A stretch of 61,483 bases of DNA from Candidatus Aenigmatarchaeota archaeon (GCA_046760225.1 JBHIDR010000001.1:1-61483), one strand, 5' to 3'; numbered from the stretch's first letter, positions 19,423 to 29,167 are shown. Numbers and translations are program-made. Notes: generated by a model from the sequence alone, not told the origin.

Positions 19423-20523
19423 ATGAAAGGGGATGTAATCGAAGCCATAAAGGAGGTTGCTGGTCAGGTTCTGAAAGATTATGACGGAAGGATAAAGGCA
19501 ATATGGATATATGGCTCTGCTGTGAGGAAAGGAGAGTTCAAGAAGACCTCGGACATAGACATGATGTTTCTGATTGATGATTCTGACAGGGATGTGAAGA
19601 GGAGCGAGCTGGCTGAGATTGATAACACAATAACCAAGATAATCAAGAAGGTGAAGAAGGAGAAGAAGATTTCCCTTCACCCACAGTCTCCTAAAAGACT
19701 GAGTGATTGGTGGGACCTGCTGAGGTCAGGTGAGCCATGGGTGTTCACGAGCATGAGGGATGCTATCCCTGTTTATGATCCCTCAGGCTATCTGGAGCCC
19801 ATACAGAGGCTTCTTCGCGGGGGAAGGCTGCATGGGACATGGGAAAGGGCGCAGATGCTCATAGAGAGGGCACCTGCCAGGATAGACAAGGCAAAGAGGA
19901 TATTCCTTAATGAGATAACAGCTGACCTTCTGGTTGCAATGGTTGAAAGCTCACAGGCAGTGCTCATGTTTGCTGGTGTGGTACCGCCTGCTGCACCTTC
20001 AATAGGGATAGAGCTGAAAAAGAACTTTGTGCCAAAAAACCTGGAGCAGGGCTATATAGAATGGTATGAGGACTTCTTTGAAGTAACAAGGAAGATAGAG
20101 CACGGCCAGATGACAAAGGTCTCAGGAAGGGAGCTGGAGAAATGGATTGGCAGGACAAAGGCATACCTTATGAGGATGGAGAAGCTGTTCTCCATGCTGG
20201 AGGAAAAGAAGAAGAAGGAGCTCATAGAGGAGGCACACAAGGAAAGCATTGAGGCATGCCTGATGGCTCTGAAGAAAGTGGGCAAGAAGCCAAAAGAAAA
20301 GGAAGTGCTGAAGTATGTTAATGAATACCTGATAAAGCCAGGGCTGGTTGACAAGGCATACCTTGAACTGCTAAAGAAGATATTCGGGCTGAAGACAGCC
20401 CTTGAGAAGGGCAAGCTGGAAGAGCTGCCTGAGAAGGACATATACTCATCTGTGATGTATGCCAAGAACCTCAGGAACATAATGAAAGGTGTTAAAGTTG
20501 AAAAAAAGCCTAAGCGCGATTAA
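19423..20523 (+). CDS. minimal (pol-beta superfamily) nucleotidyltransferase domain protein with long helical C-terminal region
   Basis: IWIYGSAVRKGEFKKTSDIDMMFLIDD matches the hG[GS]...DxD NTase signature. Size is 366 aa. Confidence 0.7.
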   Translation: MKGDVIEAIKEVAGQVLKDYDGRIKAIWIYGSAVRKGEFKKTSDIDMMFLIDDSDRDVKRSELAEIDNTITKIIKKVKKEKKISLHPQSPKRLSDWWDLLRSGEPWVFTSMRDAIPVYDPSGYLEPIQRLLRGGRLHGTWERAQMLIERAPARIDKAKRIFLNEITADLLVAMVESSQAVLMFAGVVPPAAPSIGIELKKNFVPKNLEQGYIEWYEDFFEVTRKIEHGQMTKVSGRELEKWIGRTKAYLMRMEKLFSMLEEKKKKELIEEAHKESIEACLMALKKVGKKPKEKEVLKYVNEYLIKPGLVDKAYLELLKKIFGLKTALEKGKLEELPEKDIYSSVMYAKNLRNIMKGVKVEKKPKRD

Positions 20524-21256
20524 GAAATTTGTTGAGCAATTGATAAGGAGGTACAAGGAAATAGTCAAGGCAATATGGCTGATAAAGGAAGAGAAGGAGC
20601 ATACCCTGATAATACTGATAGATGATACAGACAGGCTGGACGAGACATCTGTAAACAGGCTAAAGGTTGACGCAGCTGATCTTGCAATGACAGTCAGCAA
20701 GGAGAAGAAGATAAAGATTGATGTTAATTTCTATTTGCTAACTGATTACTGGGAACTGCTGAGGCATGGCTCACCAGTAACATTTGCTGAAATAAGGGAA
20801 GGCATACCTGTATATGACCCCTCGGGCTTCTTCATTCCACTGAAGAAGCTGCTCTCGCAGGGAAGGATACCAGGCACAAAGGAGGCAATGAGAACGCTCC
20901 TTGAGGAGGCTCCAATAAAGCTCCTGAGAATAGAGAGGCTGTATACAGCCAGAATAATAGAGGAGCTCAGCAATGCTTGTATTGATGCAGGCCAGGCACC
21001 ATTGCTCATGATAGGTGTTGCACCTCCAGTGCCAAGAGAAGTGGGAAAAAAGCTGAAGATACATTTTGTTGACAAGGGCATGCTGGAAGCAGAGTATGTG
21101 AGATACTGCGATGACATGGTGAAGCTTGCCAAGCAGATAGAGCACGGAGAGAAGAAGAAAATAGAAGGCAAGGACATAGAGGCTGCGCTTGATAAGACAG
21201 CGCGCTTTGTTGAAAGAATGGAAAAGCTAATGGAGAAGCTGACAAAGGAAGCCTAG
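20489..21256 (+). CDS. paralog of preceding NTase-domain protein with degenerate catalytic motif
   Basis: The middle region aligns with the previous gene (DYWELLRHGSPVTFAEIREGIPVYDPSGF versus DWWDLLRSGEPWVFTSMRDAIPVYDPSGY). The GS/DxD site reads IWLIKEEKEHTLIILIDDTD. Confidence 0.6.
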   Translation: MLKLKKSLSAIKKFVEQLIRRYKEIVKAIWLIKEEKEHTLIILIDDTDRLDETSVNRLKVDAADLAMTVSKEKKIKIDVNFYLLTDYWELLRHGSPVTFAEIREGIPVYDPSGFFIPLKKLLSQGRIPGTKEAMRTLLEEAPIKLLRIERLYTARIIEELSNACIDAGQAPLLMIGVAPPVPREVGKKLKIHFVDKGMLEAEYVRYCDDMVKLAKQIEHGEKKKIEGKDIEAALDKTARFVERMEKLMEKLTKEA

Positions 21257-21918
21257 GTCTTTTTCTTTTTCTTAAGGCTGGAAAATGCCTTGAAGGCCTT
21301 TTCAAGTGCAGAAATCCTTGTCTCGAGCTTTCCAATCTCTGTTTTCAGACCGTCTAGCTGCCTGAAGAATGTGCTCTCTTCCTTTTTTTCTTCTTTCTTC
21401 ATTTCTAGCATCTTGCTTTCAAATTCCTCGATTTTTTCCTCTCTTTCCTCATCCCTTTTCTCGATTTCCTTTATCTTCTTTTCAGCCTCTTTCCATTTCT
21501 CCTCTACAACCGATTCCACAAGTTCTTCCACACTTATCTTTGGAACAGCTGCAACTGGTCTTGGTTTTACAGTTGGTGGTGGAGGCATTATCTCGGGTGG
21601 CCCCTTGGCCTCGGGCACAGTAATCTTTACAGGCGGGGGTGCAAGTTCAGGGGGCATGCCTTTTGGTGGTGCCGGCCTTCTGGCAACCTCAGCTGGTTTT
21701 GGCCGTGCAGGAACAGCAGGCCTTGCAGGAGGAGCAGGAACCCTTTTTATTTCCTCTGGCTTTGTGACCTCTGCCTTGAGTGCTTCCTTTATTGCCTTGT
21801 CAATCTGGGAAGGGCTGAAGCCGTGCGCACGGAGCTCTGCTATTATCTGGGGCTCTGACTTGCCCTGTGCAGCAAGCTTCTGTACAAACTCAGTTGGGAT
21901 GAACTCCTTTTTTGCCAT
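21253..21918 (-). CDS. Pro-rich / coiled-coil protein with small N-terminal helical domain
   Basis: The start was taken at MAKKEF, 4 nt after the upstream stop. The order is a compact helical N-domain (IPTEFVQKLAAQGKSEPQIIAELRAHGFSPSQIDKAIKEAL), a PAPPARPAVPARPKP linker, then a KE-rich coiled coil. Confidence 0.6.
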   Translation of the reverse strand: MAKKEFIPTEFVQKLAAQGKSEPQIIAELRAHGFSPSQIDKAIKEALKAEVTKPEEIKRVPAPPARPAVPARPKPAEVARRPAPPKGMPPELAPPPVKITVPEAKGPPEIMPPPPTVKPRPVAAVPKISVEELVESVVEEKWKEAEKKIKEIEKRDEEREEKIEEFESKMLEMKKEEKKEESTFFRQLDGLKTEIGKLETRISALEKAFKAFSSLKKKKKT

Positions 21919-21922
21919 GGAA

Positions 21923-22252
21923 TCACTTCTTCTTGAAGGGGCTGTAAAGCTCGACAAGGTGCTGGAGCTCTGCCACTTCTGATTTGCGTGCTGTCTTTTC
22001 CATGAGCTTGTTTATCTTGGTTATATCATTGTCAATCCTGAGCAGTGCTTCCTCTATCTCCTTCAGTGCCTTGGTGATTGCATCAAACCTTTTCTTCATG
22101 CTTTCATGTGACTTGAGCATGTCATCCTGTATGGTGTCCAGCCTGTTCTCAAGAACATCGCTCCTTTCCTCGAGTGCGCGAAGCCTTCTCGTGTTTTCAT
22201 TCAGCCTCCTGTAGGCTTCGTTCAAAACAGTCTGTATATCAACCTCAGCCAT
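21923..22252 (-). CDS. small coiled-coil protein
   Basis: The 109-aa heptad-rich ORF is divergent from the secretion ATPase. Confidence 0.6.
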   Translation of the reverse strand: MAEVDIQTVLNEAYRRLNENTRRLRALEERSDVLENRLDTIQDDMLKSHESMKKRFDAITKALKEIEEALLRIDNDITKINKLMEKTARKSEVAELQHLVELYSPFKKK

Positions 22253-22322
22253 AAAATCACAATATTTATTTACTGGTTATAATATAATTAAGTCTGTATA
22301 TAAATATTGTTGAGGGCTGTGC
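22253..22322. promoter_or_regulatory. AT-rich divergent promoter region
   Basis: The 70-nt intergenic stretch carries several TATA-like elements (atatttatttac, tataatataatt, tatataaatatt) between divergent operons. Confidence 0.4.
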
Positions 22323-25300
22323 ATGGTATATGAGATAGAAATAAAGAACGGAGTTCTGAGGATGAACTGCCTAGGAGGAATTTTCGGAGCGAACATAGAG
22401 GACTTTGATGTGATAATGGCAAGGGTAATTGACAGGCTCATAACAGACAGGAAGGTGCACACAATAATCCTTACAGAAACAAGGGACAGCGAATACGATA
22501 CAGAGCAGACAAAGATGCTTGTTGAGATTGCTGATGCAATAAGGGAGATACTCAAGGAAAGGAAACTGGTTTCTGTCAAGAGAATGGGTCCCAAGTGCGA
22601 CAAGTACCGTTCAGCATGGTATTCATGGCTCTATAACATGGCAGCATTCCAGATGAGGGGGGACCCAATAGGAGCATACGTGAGCCTGCTAAGGCAGATA
22701 AGGCACATAGAGATACTTGAGAAGAAAGGGGAAGACCCAGAATGCATGAGGGCATACCTGAACAACATACTTGTGCCGATAAGGGAGATACTTGAGGACA
22801 CAGCACTGATAAGCAAGGCAAAGCCCTTTCTTGCAGGTCACAAGATCGGGGACAGGTCAATATACAGGAGGTTCCTGCATCCCCTGACAAGGCCGAGCTT
22901 CATGTTCACCAAGTTCGTGACCAAGCCGCCCAAAGGGGATTTGCTGACAAAGTATAATATCGGCGATATACGCGTTGAGATCTACAGGGTTCCGGGAAAA
23001 GTAAGGCCTGTTTATTTTGTAACCCCGCCTGAGTTCAGGCTCACAGAACAGGAATACACTCTTCTTGATGATGCAAGGAGGGTGCTGGAAAAGAGAAGGC
23101 CGCATGAGCTGGAGATGAGGGACCAGGCAAGGATGAGGGAGCTGTTCAAGTCAATCAGCGAGGAGCTAATAAGAGATTTGGCTGATGTAAGGCGCTTCAA
23201 GCTCACAAGCAAGCAGATACACGACCTTGCAACAATCCTTACAAGGTATACAGCAGGCCTTGGGATAATAGAGCCCCTGCTTGCTGACCCAAGGATAGAG
23301 GATGTCAATCTCAACAGCCCATTGGGAATGCAGCCGCTTTATGTTTATCACCGAAATTATGATGAATGTGAGACAAACCTGGTTCCCACTATGATGGACG
23401 GTGATAGGCTGGCAACAAGGTTCAAGCTCCTGAGTGGAAGACCGCTTGATGAGGCAAATCCTGTTCTTGATACAGAGATAATTGTTCCAGGAGGGATTGC
23501 AAGAGTGGCTGCAATAGGGCCCAGGTTATCGCCCGAAGGCCTGGCATTCGCATTGAGAAAGCACAGGTTCAAGCCATGGACATTCCCGCTCTATCTTGAT
23601 GTTGGTTTTTTCAATCCCCTGTTTGGTGGGCTGCTGTGGTTCATGGCATCCTATGGGAGGACCCTGCTGGTTGCAGGCACCAGGGGCGCGGGAAAGACAT
23701 CACTTCTCGGGTCAATAATGCTACAGGTGATTCCCTACTACAGGATAATCACGGTTGAGGACAGTGTTGTAGGTGATAGTGAAATCGTAATTGAAAGGAA
23801 CGGCTCTATTGAGCGAACAACAGTTGGCGAGCTGATAGATGAGCAAATATCCAGATATGGTTCAACACCTAGCCTAAGTGGGCATGAGATTTTGGACAAG
23901 AACAAAGAAAACATAAGGGTCTTTTCCATGGGTTCAGATGGCAAAATCGGTCTGACAACTGTAGATAGTTTCATAAGGCACAAAGTGGATAAAAAGATTT
24001 TTGAAATAAGAACCAGGACAGGAAGGAAAATAAGGGTGACTACTGATCATTCGCTCTTCACGATCAGTCATGATGGCTCCATAGCGCCAGTGAGGGCAGG
24101 GGAGCTTTCTGTTGGGAAATATTTGGCTGTGCCGAGGGCACTCAATATATCTGGTAAGCAGAAAGACTGCATAAATCTAGTAAATTACCTGCATTTGTTA
24201 GACGGGCTTTATGTTTTGGGCGAACCTGTACATGATTTGATTAAGCAGCACTGGGGTGATATCAAAACCCTGGCAAAGGAGCAGAAATACTCGCGCAGCA
24301 TACCTTCTGCATGGAAGAGAAGGGGCATATTGCCCTGTGGTATTGCAGCAAAGCTCATGAAAAAGACGAGCATAAGGCCAGAAGGGGTCTGGATAAAGGG
24401 CTTGCGTCAATCCAAGCCAATTCCAGCTAAAATCTTCCTTGATAACGATTTTCTGGAGTTTGTAGGGATGTGGCTGGCTGATGGGTGTTACGATAGAAGC
24501 TCTGTAATAATATCAGCAACAGATACCGAGACAAGGAAAATGGTTCGTCGCGTTGCCAAAAAACTAGGCCTCAGAGCAAGGTTGCATAGTGACAAGTGGT
24601 CCCTTATGCTAAATTCCCTTGTCCTGAAAAGAATTATGATGGAAGTTTTGGAGCTCAAAGGCAATGCATATACAAAACGGATTCCAGGATGGGTTTACGG
24701 GCTGTCAAAATCCCAGAAAGCAGCTGTTCTGCGCGGGCTTTTCAGCGGGGATGGGCATGTCTCAAAGACCGAGCTGATAATAGCACTGTCATCTGAAAAA
24801 ATGATAAAGGATATCCAGACGCTTTTGCTCGGATTTGGTGTATTATGCAATGTCTCAAGGCTGAATGAGCGCGATAAGACCTATAGGTGCACAACTGGCA
24901 GTATAAGGTTCCTGAGGCCCTTTGCAGCTGAAATAGGCTTTCTGCAGCATGCAAAGAACTCTGCACTCAAATCCCTGTGCGCCAGAGTTTCGACCCATGA
25001 TACCCTGGATGTGGTGCCTCTTCCATTAGAGCTAAAGCAAAGGCTGCCTCCGCTTTTCGGAACAAGAAGGCAGGACTATATCACGCGAAACAACAATATC
25101 GGGAGGGAGAGGCTAAGGTATTTTGTACAAAAGACGCCAGTAGACGGTGGCGGGGCTATCATGCAGAGATTGAGCATGCTTGCTGATTCTGATTTATTCT
25201 GGGACAGGATTGTTGAAATAAAGTGCACAGAGGGTGGGGACTATGTTTATGATTTTTCAGTATTTGGGAAGGAGAACTTTGTATGCGAAAACATAATTGC

Positions 25301-26099
25301 CCACAACACTTTTGAGCTTCCTGTTGAGGCTCTGCGAAGGCTGGGCTACAATATCGAGAGGCTGAAGTCCCGCTCTGTTATCACAAGGGTGGAGCTCGAG
25401 CTTCCTGCAGAAGAAGTACTGAGAACAGCTCTTAGATTGGGAGACAGCTGCCTGTTCATTGGAGAAGTGAGGAGTGTTGAGGCAAAGGCACTGTACGAGG
25501 CAATGAGAATAGGTGCACTGGCAAATGTTGTTGCAGGAACAATACATGGTGAAAGCGCCTATGGTGTGTTTGACAGGGTGGTGAATGACCTGGGCGTGCC
25601 CCCGACATCATTCAAGGCAACTGACCTTGTTGTAATATGCAATAAGCTCAGGACAGCAGATGGCCTGAGGACATTCAGGAGAGTGACAGCTGTTACAGAA
25701 GTGAGGAAGCACTGGATGCATGATCCTGTGGAGGAGCATGGATTTTTGAATCTTTTGGAGTACAGCAGCAGGGAGGATAGCCTGAAGCCCACGGACACAC
25801 TGCTGAACGGGGAGAGCTTTGTTCTGAACCAGGTTGCAAAGAACGTGCCTGGCTGGGCAGGAAGATGGGATGCTGTCTGGGACAACATACTCCTGAGGGG
25901 CAAAATCCTGGAAACAATAAAGGACATAGCAAACCAGACTGGCAAGAGGGACCTGATGGAAGCAGAGACAACTGTTGCTGCAAACCAGATGTTCCATGCA
26001 CTAAGTGAGAAAAGTAGGCTGGAAGTCGGGGAAGTTGACAGCAAGTATGTTTATGATGAATGGCTGAAATGGTTCAAGGGAGTTGCCAAGAGAGCATAG
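22323..26099 (+). CDS. type II/IV secretion (FlaI/PilB/KlbA-VirB11-like) ATPase, interrupted by an intein
   Basis: Walker A is LVAGTRGAGKTS. The Asp box is RIITVED|..|TFELP. Walker B-like is LFIGEVRSVEA and the His box is VAGTIHGES. The extein total is about 743 aa. Confidence 0.9.
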   Translation: MVYEIEIKNGVLRMNCLGGIFGANIEDFDVIMARVIDRLITDRKVHTIILTETRDSEYDTEQTKMLVEIADAIREILKERKLVSVKRMGPKCDKYRSAWYSWLYNMAAFQMRGDPIGAYVSLLRQIRHIEILEKKGEDPECMRAYLNNILVPIREILEDTALISKAKPFLAGHKIGDRSIYRRFLHPLTRPSFMFTKFVTKPPKGDLLTKYNIGDIRVEIYRVPGKVRPVYFVTPPEFRLTEQEYTLLDDARRVLEKRRPHELEMRDQARMRELFKSISEELIRDLADVRRFKLTSKQIHDLATILTRYTAGLGIIEPLLADPRIEDVNLNSPLGMQPLYVYHRNYDECETNLVPTMMDGDRLATRFKLLSGRPLDEANPVLDTEIIVPGGIARVAAIGPRLSPEGLAFALRKHRFKPWTFPLYLDVGFFNPLFGGLLWFMASYGRTLLVAGTRGAGKTSLLGSIMLQVIPYYRIITVEDSVVGDSEIVIERNGSIERTTVGELIDEQISRYGSTPSLSGHEILDKNKENIRVFSMGSDGKIGLTTVDSFIRHKVDKKIFEIRTRTGRKIRVTTDHSLFTISHDGSIAPVRAGELSVGKYLAVPRALNISGKQKDCINLVNYLHLLDGLYVLGEPVHDLIKQHWGDIKTLAKEQKYSRSIPSAWKRRGILPCGIAAKLMKKTSIRPEGVWIKGLRQSKPIPAKIFLDNDFLEFVGMWLADGCYDRSSVIISATDTETRKMVRRVAKKLGLRARLHSDKWSLMLNSLVLKRIMMEVLELKGNAYTKRIPGWVYGLSKSQKAAVLRGLFSGDGHVSKTELIIALSSEKMIKDIQTLLLGFGVLCNVSRLNERDKTYRCTTGSIRFLRPFAAEIGFLQHAKNSALKSLCARVSTHDTLDVVPLPLELKQRLPPLFGTRRQDYITRNNNIGRERLRYFVQKTPVDGGGAIMQRLSMLADSDLFWDRIVEIKCTEGGDYVYDFSVFGKENFVCENIIAHNTFELPVEALRRLGYNIERLKSRSVITRVELELPAEEVLRTALRLGDSCLFIGEVRSVEAKALYEAMRIGALANVVAGTIHGESAYGVFDRVVNDLGVPPTSFKATDLVVICNKLRTADGLRTFRRVTAVTEVRKHWMHDPVEEHGFLNLLEYSSREDSLKPTDTLLNGESFVLNQVAKNVPGWAGRWDAVWDNILLRGKILETIKDIANQTGKRDLMEAETTVAANQMFHALSEKSRLEVGEVDSKYVYDEWLKWFKGVAKRA
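23763..25307 (+). mobile_element. 515-aa intein with LAGLIDADG homing-endonuclease domain
   Basis: It starts with Ser (SVVGDSEIVI). Block B is RVTTDHSLFT. The LAGLIDADG motifs are FVGMWLADGCY and LRGLFSGDGHV. Block F is YVYDFSV. It ends IIAHN, followed by Thr+1. It is in frame, and the flanking residues restore the Asp box ITVED-TFEL. Confidence 0.85.
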
Positions 26100-26108
26100 G
26101 TGCAGTAG

Positions 26109-28256
26109 ATGGCCCTTTTTAGGAAGAAGGACAAAAGGAAGAAACTGGAGGAAGCAAGGAGGAAGGCAGCGGCAGCCAAGAAAAAGGAACTGGAAAAAAT
26201 AATAAAGGTGGGCAGGCTGGAGCTTCCCAAGAAGAAGAAGCTCATCACAAAACCAACTGAATACAGGGAGTTCCTGCTTGAGATAAGGGAGCAGCCCAGG
26301 ACAATTCTGGAAAAAGCATGCGCTGTATCAGAAAAAATACTGCCAATAGAGCCTCCGCCAAGCATAGCAAAGGGAATGCAGGAGGACATAAAGGCAGGCT
26401 ATCTGGGGGTCACTCCCAAGGGAATATTCTCCTTGACAATACTTTCCTTTTTCATTCTCTTCATCCTCACTATGGTTTCAATGATCTACAATCTCGGGTT
26501 CTTTACAGTCATACTTTTCATAATAATGGTGGGTGCTGCATACTACATCTTCAACTACCCTGCTGCAAATGCAAAAAGGGTGACGCTGCGGATGTCAGCT
26601 GATTCGGTTCTTGCTATTCTTTACATGATAATCTACATGAGGACCAGCCCCAACCTTGAGGGCGCACTCAAGTTCACATCAGAAAACCTGAAAGGCCCGC
26701 TTGCATGGGACCTGAAGAAACTTCTCTGGGACATACACGTGGGCGTGTATGCAAGTGCTGACAGGGCAATTGCAACCTATATCGACAAGTGGAAGACAAA
26801 GAACGAGGAGTTCGCAGAAGCACTCAACCTGCTCAGGAGCTCTGCACTTGAGAAGGGGAGAAGGGAAAGGCTGTTTGACGAGACACTGAACGTGATACTG
26901 AACGGAACAAGGGAAAGGACAAAGCATTATGTGAGTGGCCTGAGGATGCCTGTTATGCTCATACATGCAATGGGGGTCCTTCTTCCTGTTATGGGGCTTG
27001 TGCTGTTCCCGATAATCGTCATATTCATGGCTGATGTGGTGAAGCCTGCAATGCTATTTTTGGGCTATAATTTCATACTCCCTGTTTTCCTCTGGGTGTT
27101 CATAGACTATATCCTGCGCGCAAGGCCGCCAACATTCTCCCAGCCCGATATCTCCCTTGCAAAGGATGTTCCACCATTGGGGAAAATAAGGATAGGCGAG
27201 AGGCTTGTCCCTATATGGGTATTCTCACTGATTGTGGTGCTTCCTATAGTCATGATGTCGCTTTTTGCAATTGGTCCGTGCATAAGCCCTGCAACAGCAG
27301 AGGCAGAGGCCCTCTGCACAGCAAGAAGCTTTGCAACAGTCAACATGTCTTTGCTCTTCACAATAGGCCTTGCACTCGGCATAGCACTGTACTGCATGCT
27401 GGACAGCCTGCAGAAGATGAAGATAAGGAATGATATTGAGAAAATAGAGGAGGAGTTCTCTGTTGCACTGTTCCAGCTGGGCAACCAGATTTCAGGCGGC
27501 ACCCCTATTGAGCTGGCAGTTGACAGGGCTGCTGTGAACCTCAAGGGCATGAAGATAGCCGAGCTTTTCAAGATGACGAGCAGCAACATGAGGAAGTTCG
27601 GCATGACATTTGAGCAGGCGCTTTTCGATGAAAAGGTTGGCGCGGTATGGTACTATCCTTCCAGATTGATAAGGTCAATAATGGTGACTGTGACCGAGGC
27701 AAGCAAGAAAGGAATGGCTGCTGCATCAAGCGCAATGATAACGGTGTCCAAATACCTGAAGGGAGTGCATGATGTCAAGGAGGAGGTGAGGGAAGTGCTG
27801 GGAGAGACAATCTCAAGCATGAAGTTCCTTTCAATGTTCCTTACACCTCTTGTTGCAGGCGTCACGATCACAATGGCAGTTATAATAATAACCATCCTCT
27901 CGAACCTGGGTGCACAGATTTCCAAGCTTGTTGCAACAGGAGGAGAGGGACTGAACTCCTTCCAGTACAGCTTTCTTTTCGGACCGTCAATGATGGGAGG
28001 AAAGATGCCCATCGGTCCGGCAGAGTTCCAGATAATAGTGGGAATATACATGATTGAGACAATAATCCTGCTCTCTGTTTTCATAAACAGGATAGAGTTT
28101 GGCGAGGATGCCGTTGGAATGAGGTCGACCCTGGGCAAGGCACTAATTACAGGCGTTTTCATCTATGTGATCAGCTGGTTCGTAACTTATCTCATGTTCG
28201 GGCCGGCAATAACTGATTTGCTGACACCAGCAACACTGCAACTGGGAGGCGGATGA
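26109..28256 (+). CDS. polytopic membrane platform protein (FlaJ/TadC/PilC-like by context)
   Basis: The 715-aa ORF lies 10 nt after the ATPase. It has a Lys-rich cytoplasmic N-terminus, then multiple TM helices in two blocks separated by a soluble domain, as in T2SSF-type platforms. Confidence 0.6.
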   Translation: MALFRKKDKRKKLEEARRKAAAAKKKELEKIIKVGRLELPKKKKLITKPTEYREFLLEIREQPRTILEKACAVSEKILPIEPPPSIAKGMQEDIKAGYLGVTPKGIFSLTILSFFILFILTMVSMIYNLGFFTVILFIIMVGAAYYIFNYPAANAKRVTLRMSADSVLAILYMIIYMRTSPNLEGALKFTSENLKGPLAWDLKKLLWDIHVGVYASADRAIATYIDKWKTKNEEFAEALNLLRSSALEKGRRERLFDETLNVILNGTRERTKHYVSGLRMPVMLIHAMGVLLPVMGLVLFPIIVIFMADVVKPAMLFLGYNFILPVFLWVFIDYILRARPPTFSQPDISLAKDVPPLGKIRIGERLVPIWVFSLIVVLPIVMMSLFAIGPCISPATAEAEALCTARSFATVNMSLLFTIGLALGIALYCMLDSLQKMKIRNDIEKIEEEFSVALFQLGNQISGGTPIELAVDRAAVNLKGMKIAELFKMTSSNMRKFGMTFEQALFDEKVGAVWYYPSRLIRSIMVTVTEASKKGMAAASSAMITVSKYLKGVHDVKEEVREVLGETISSMKFLSMFLTPLVAGVTITMAVIIITILSNLGAQISKLVATGGEGLNSFQYSFLFGPSMMGGKMPIGPAEFQIIVGIYMIETIILLSVFINRIEFGEDAVGMRSTLGKALITGVFIYVISWFVTYLMFGPAITDLLTPATLQLGGG

Positions 28257-28257
28257 T

Positions 28258-28797
28258 ATGAAGGGGATTTCCAAGGAGGTGACAATGAACATCTTCTGGA
28301 TAATCTTTGCAATAGTTGCTGTTATGGGTATCTTTATCATGGGCCAGTTCATATTCGGTCTTCTGCAGCCCATTGACATAGGGGCAGAAGATTCTGGAAT
28401 CAGCTTTGACGGCGAGAAGGGCACAGTATGCCTTGATGCAGATCCAAGAAAAGCAGACTGCAGGAGATGTGCGACAACACCATTGCTAGGAACCTGCCAG
28501 GGAGAGCAGTATGTCAACATAGAGGAAAAGTTCGGCGCTGTTGTGGCTGACATAGTAAAGGTCTGTACAATTGCGCGGTTCTCAGTGGGCAAGACAGAAA
28601 TAAAGTATAGGGTACTGTATGATGACGACAAGAAAAGGGAAAAGACAAAAGAGGCATACCCCGGAAGGGAAGTGTGCCATACATTTGATTTTGAAACAGG
28701 CGTAATACTAAGGGAAGTTTCAGCAGTCACAGGTGTGGGTGCAATGGACAGGTTTACTGTGGAGTTCACTGTTTACCAGGAAGAAAAGGTTGATTAG
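28258..28797 (+). CDS. pilin-like protein (class III signal-peptide-type N-terminus)
   Basis: It starts MKGISKEVTMNIFWIIFAIVAVMGIFIMG and continues into a Cys-containing soluble domain. It starts 2 nt after the platform gene. Confidence 0.6.
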   Translation: MKGISKEVTMNIFWIIFAIVAVMGIFIMGQFIFGLLQPIDIGAEDSGISFDGEKGTVCLDADPRKADCRRCATTPLLGTCQGEQYVNIEEKFGAVVADIVKVCTIARFSVGKTEIKYRVLYDDDKKREKTKEAYPGREVCHTFDFETGVILREVSAVTGVGAMDRFTVEFTVYQEEKVD

Positions 28798-28798
28798 T

Positions 28799-28972
28799 AT
28801 GGAAGAAAAATCAATAATGATGGTGATATACCTGCTCTTTGGCATGGCCATACTGCTGGTCGTGATAGGCCTGCTCGCATACACAGGCCAGCTGAAGTTC
28901 CCGCAACTGGACTTCTGGGGCATGCTGGGCAGCTTTTTTGATTTGCTTGAAGGAGCACTTCCTCCAATTTAG
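28799..28972 (+). CDS. mini pilin-like/membrane protein (57 aa)
   Basis: MEEKSIMMVIYLLFGMAILLVVIGLLAYTG. The ATG lies 2 nt after the previous stop. Confidence 0.5.
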   Translation: MEEKSIMMVIYLLFGMAILLVVIGLLAYTGQLKFPQLDFWGMLGSFFDLLEGALPPI

Positions 28973-28980
28973 GTGTGGTC

Positions 28981-29163
28981 ATGAAGGTAACAAAAGAATC
29001 CATATGGCTTGTTGTCACTGTCATAATAGTGGTTGTGATATTCCTGGTGCTCATATTTGTGCTGTCAGGCTCAACACCAGGCGACATATTCAATGCAATA
29101 CAGAACGTGTTCACTGTTGTGGCCCTGTTCATGATAGCGCAACTACAAGCAATACTGAGGTGA
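28981..29163 (+). CDS. mini pilin-like/membrane protein
   Basis: MKVTKESIWLVVTVIIVVVIFLVLIFVLSG. AGGTG lies upstream, and an alternative GTG start is at 28975. Confidence 0.5.
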   Translation: MKVTKESIWLVVTVIIVVVIFLVLIFVLSGSTPGDIFNAIQNVFTVVALFMIAQLQAILR

Positions 29164-29167
29164 AAAA

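Noticed and set aside
21290-21982. A 230-aa plus-strand ORF rich in Ser/Phe/Gly, opposite the Pro-rich/coiled-coil gene.
   Set aside because: It is a low-complexity mirror image of a KE- and P-rich minus-strand gene. The minus frame has a sensible domain order and is tightly coupled to its upstream neighbour.
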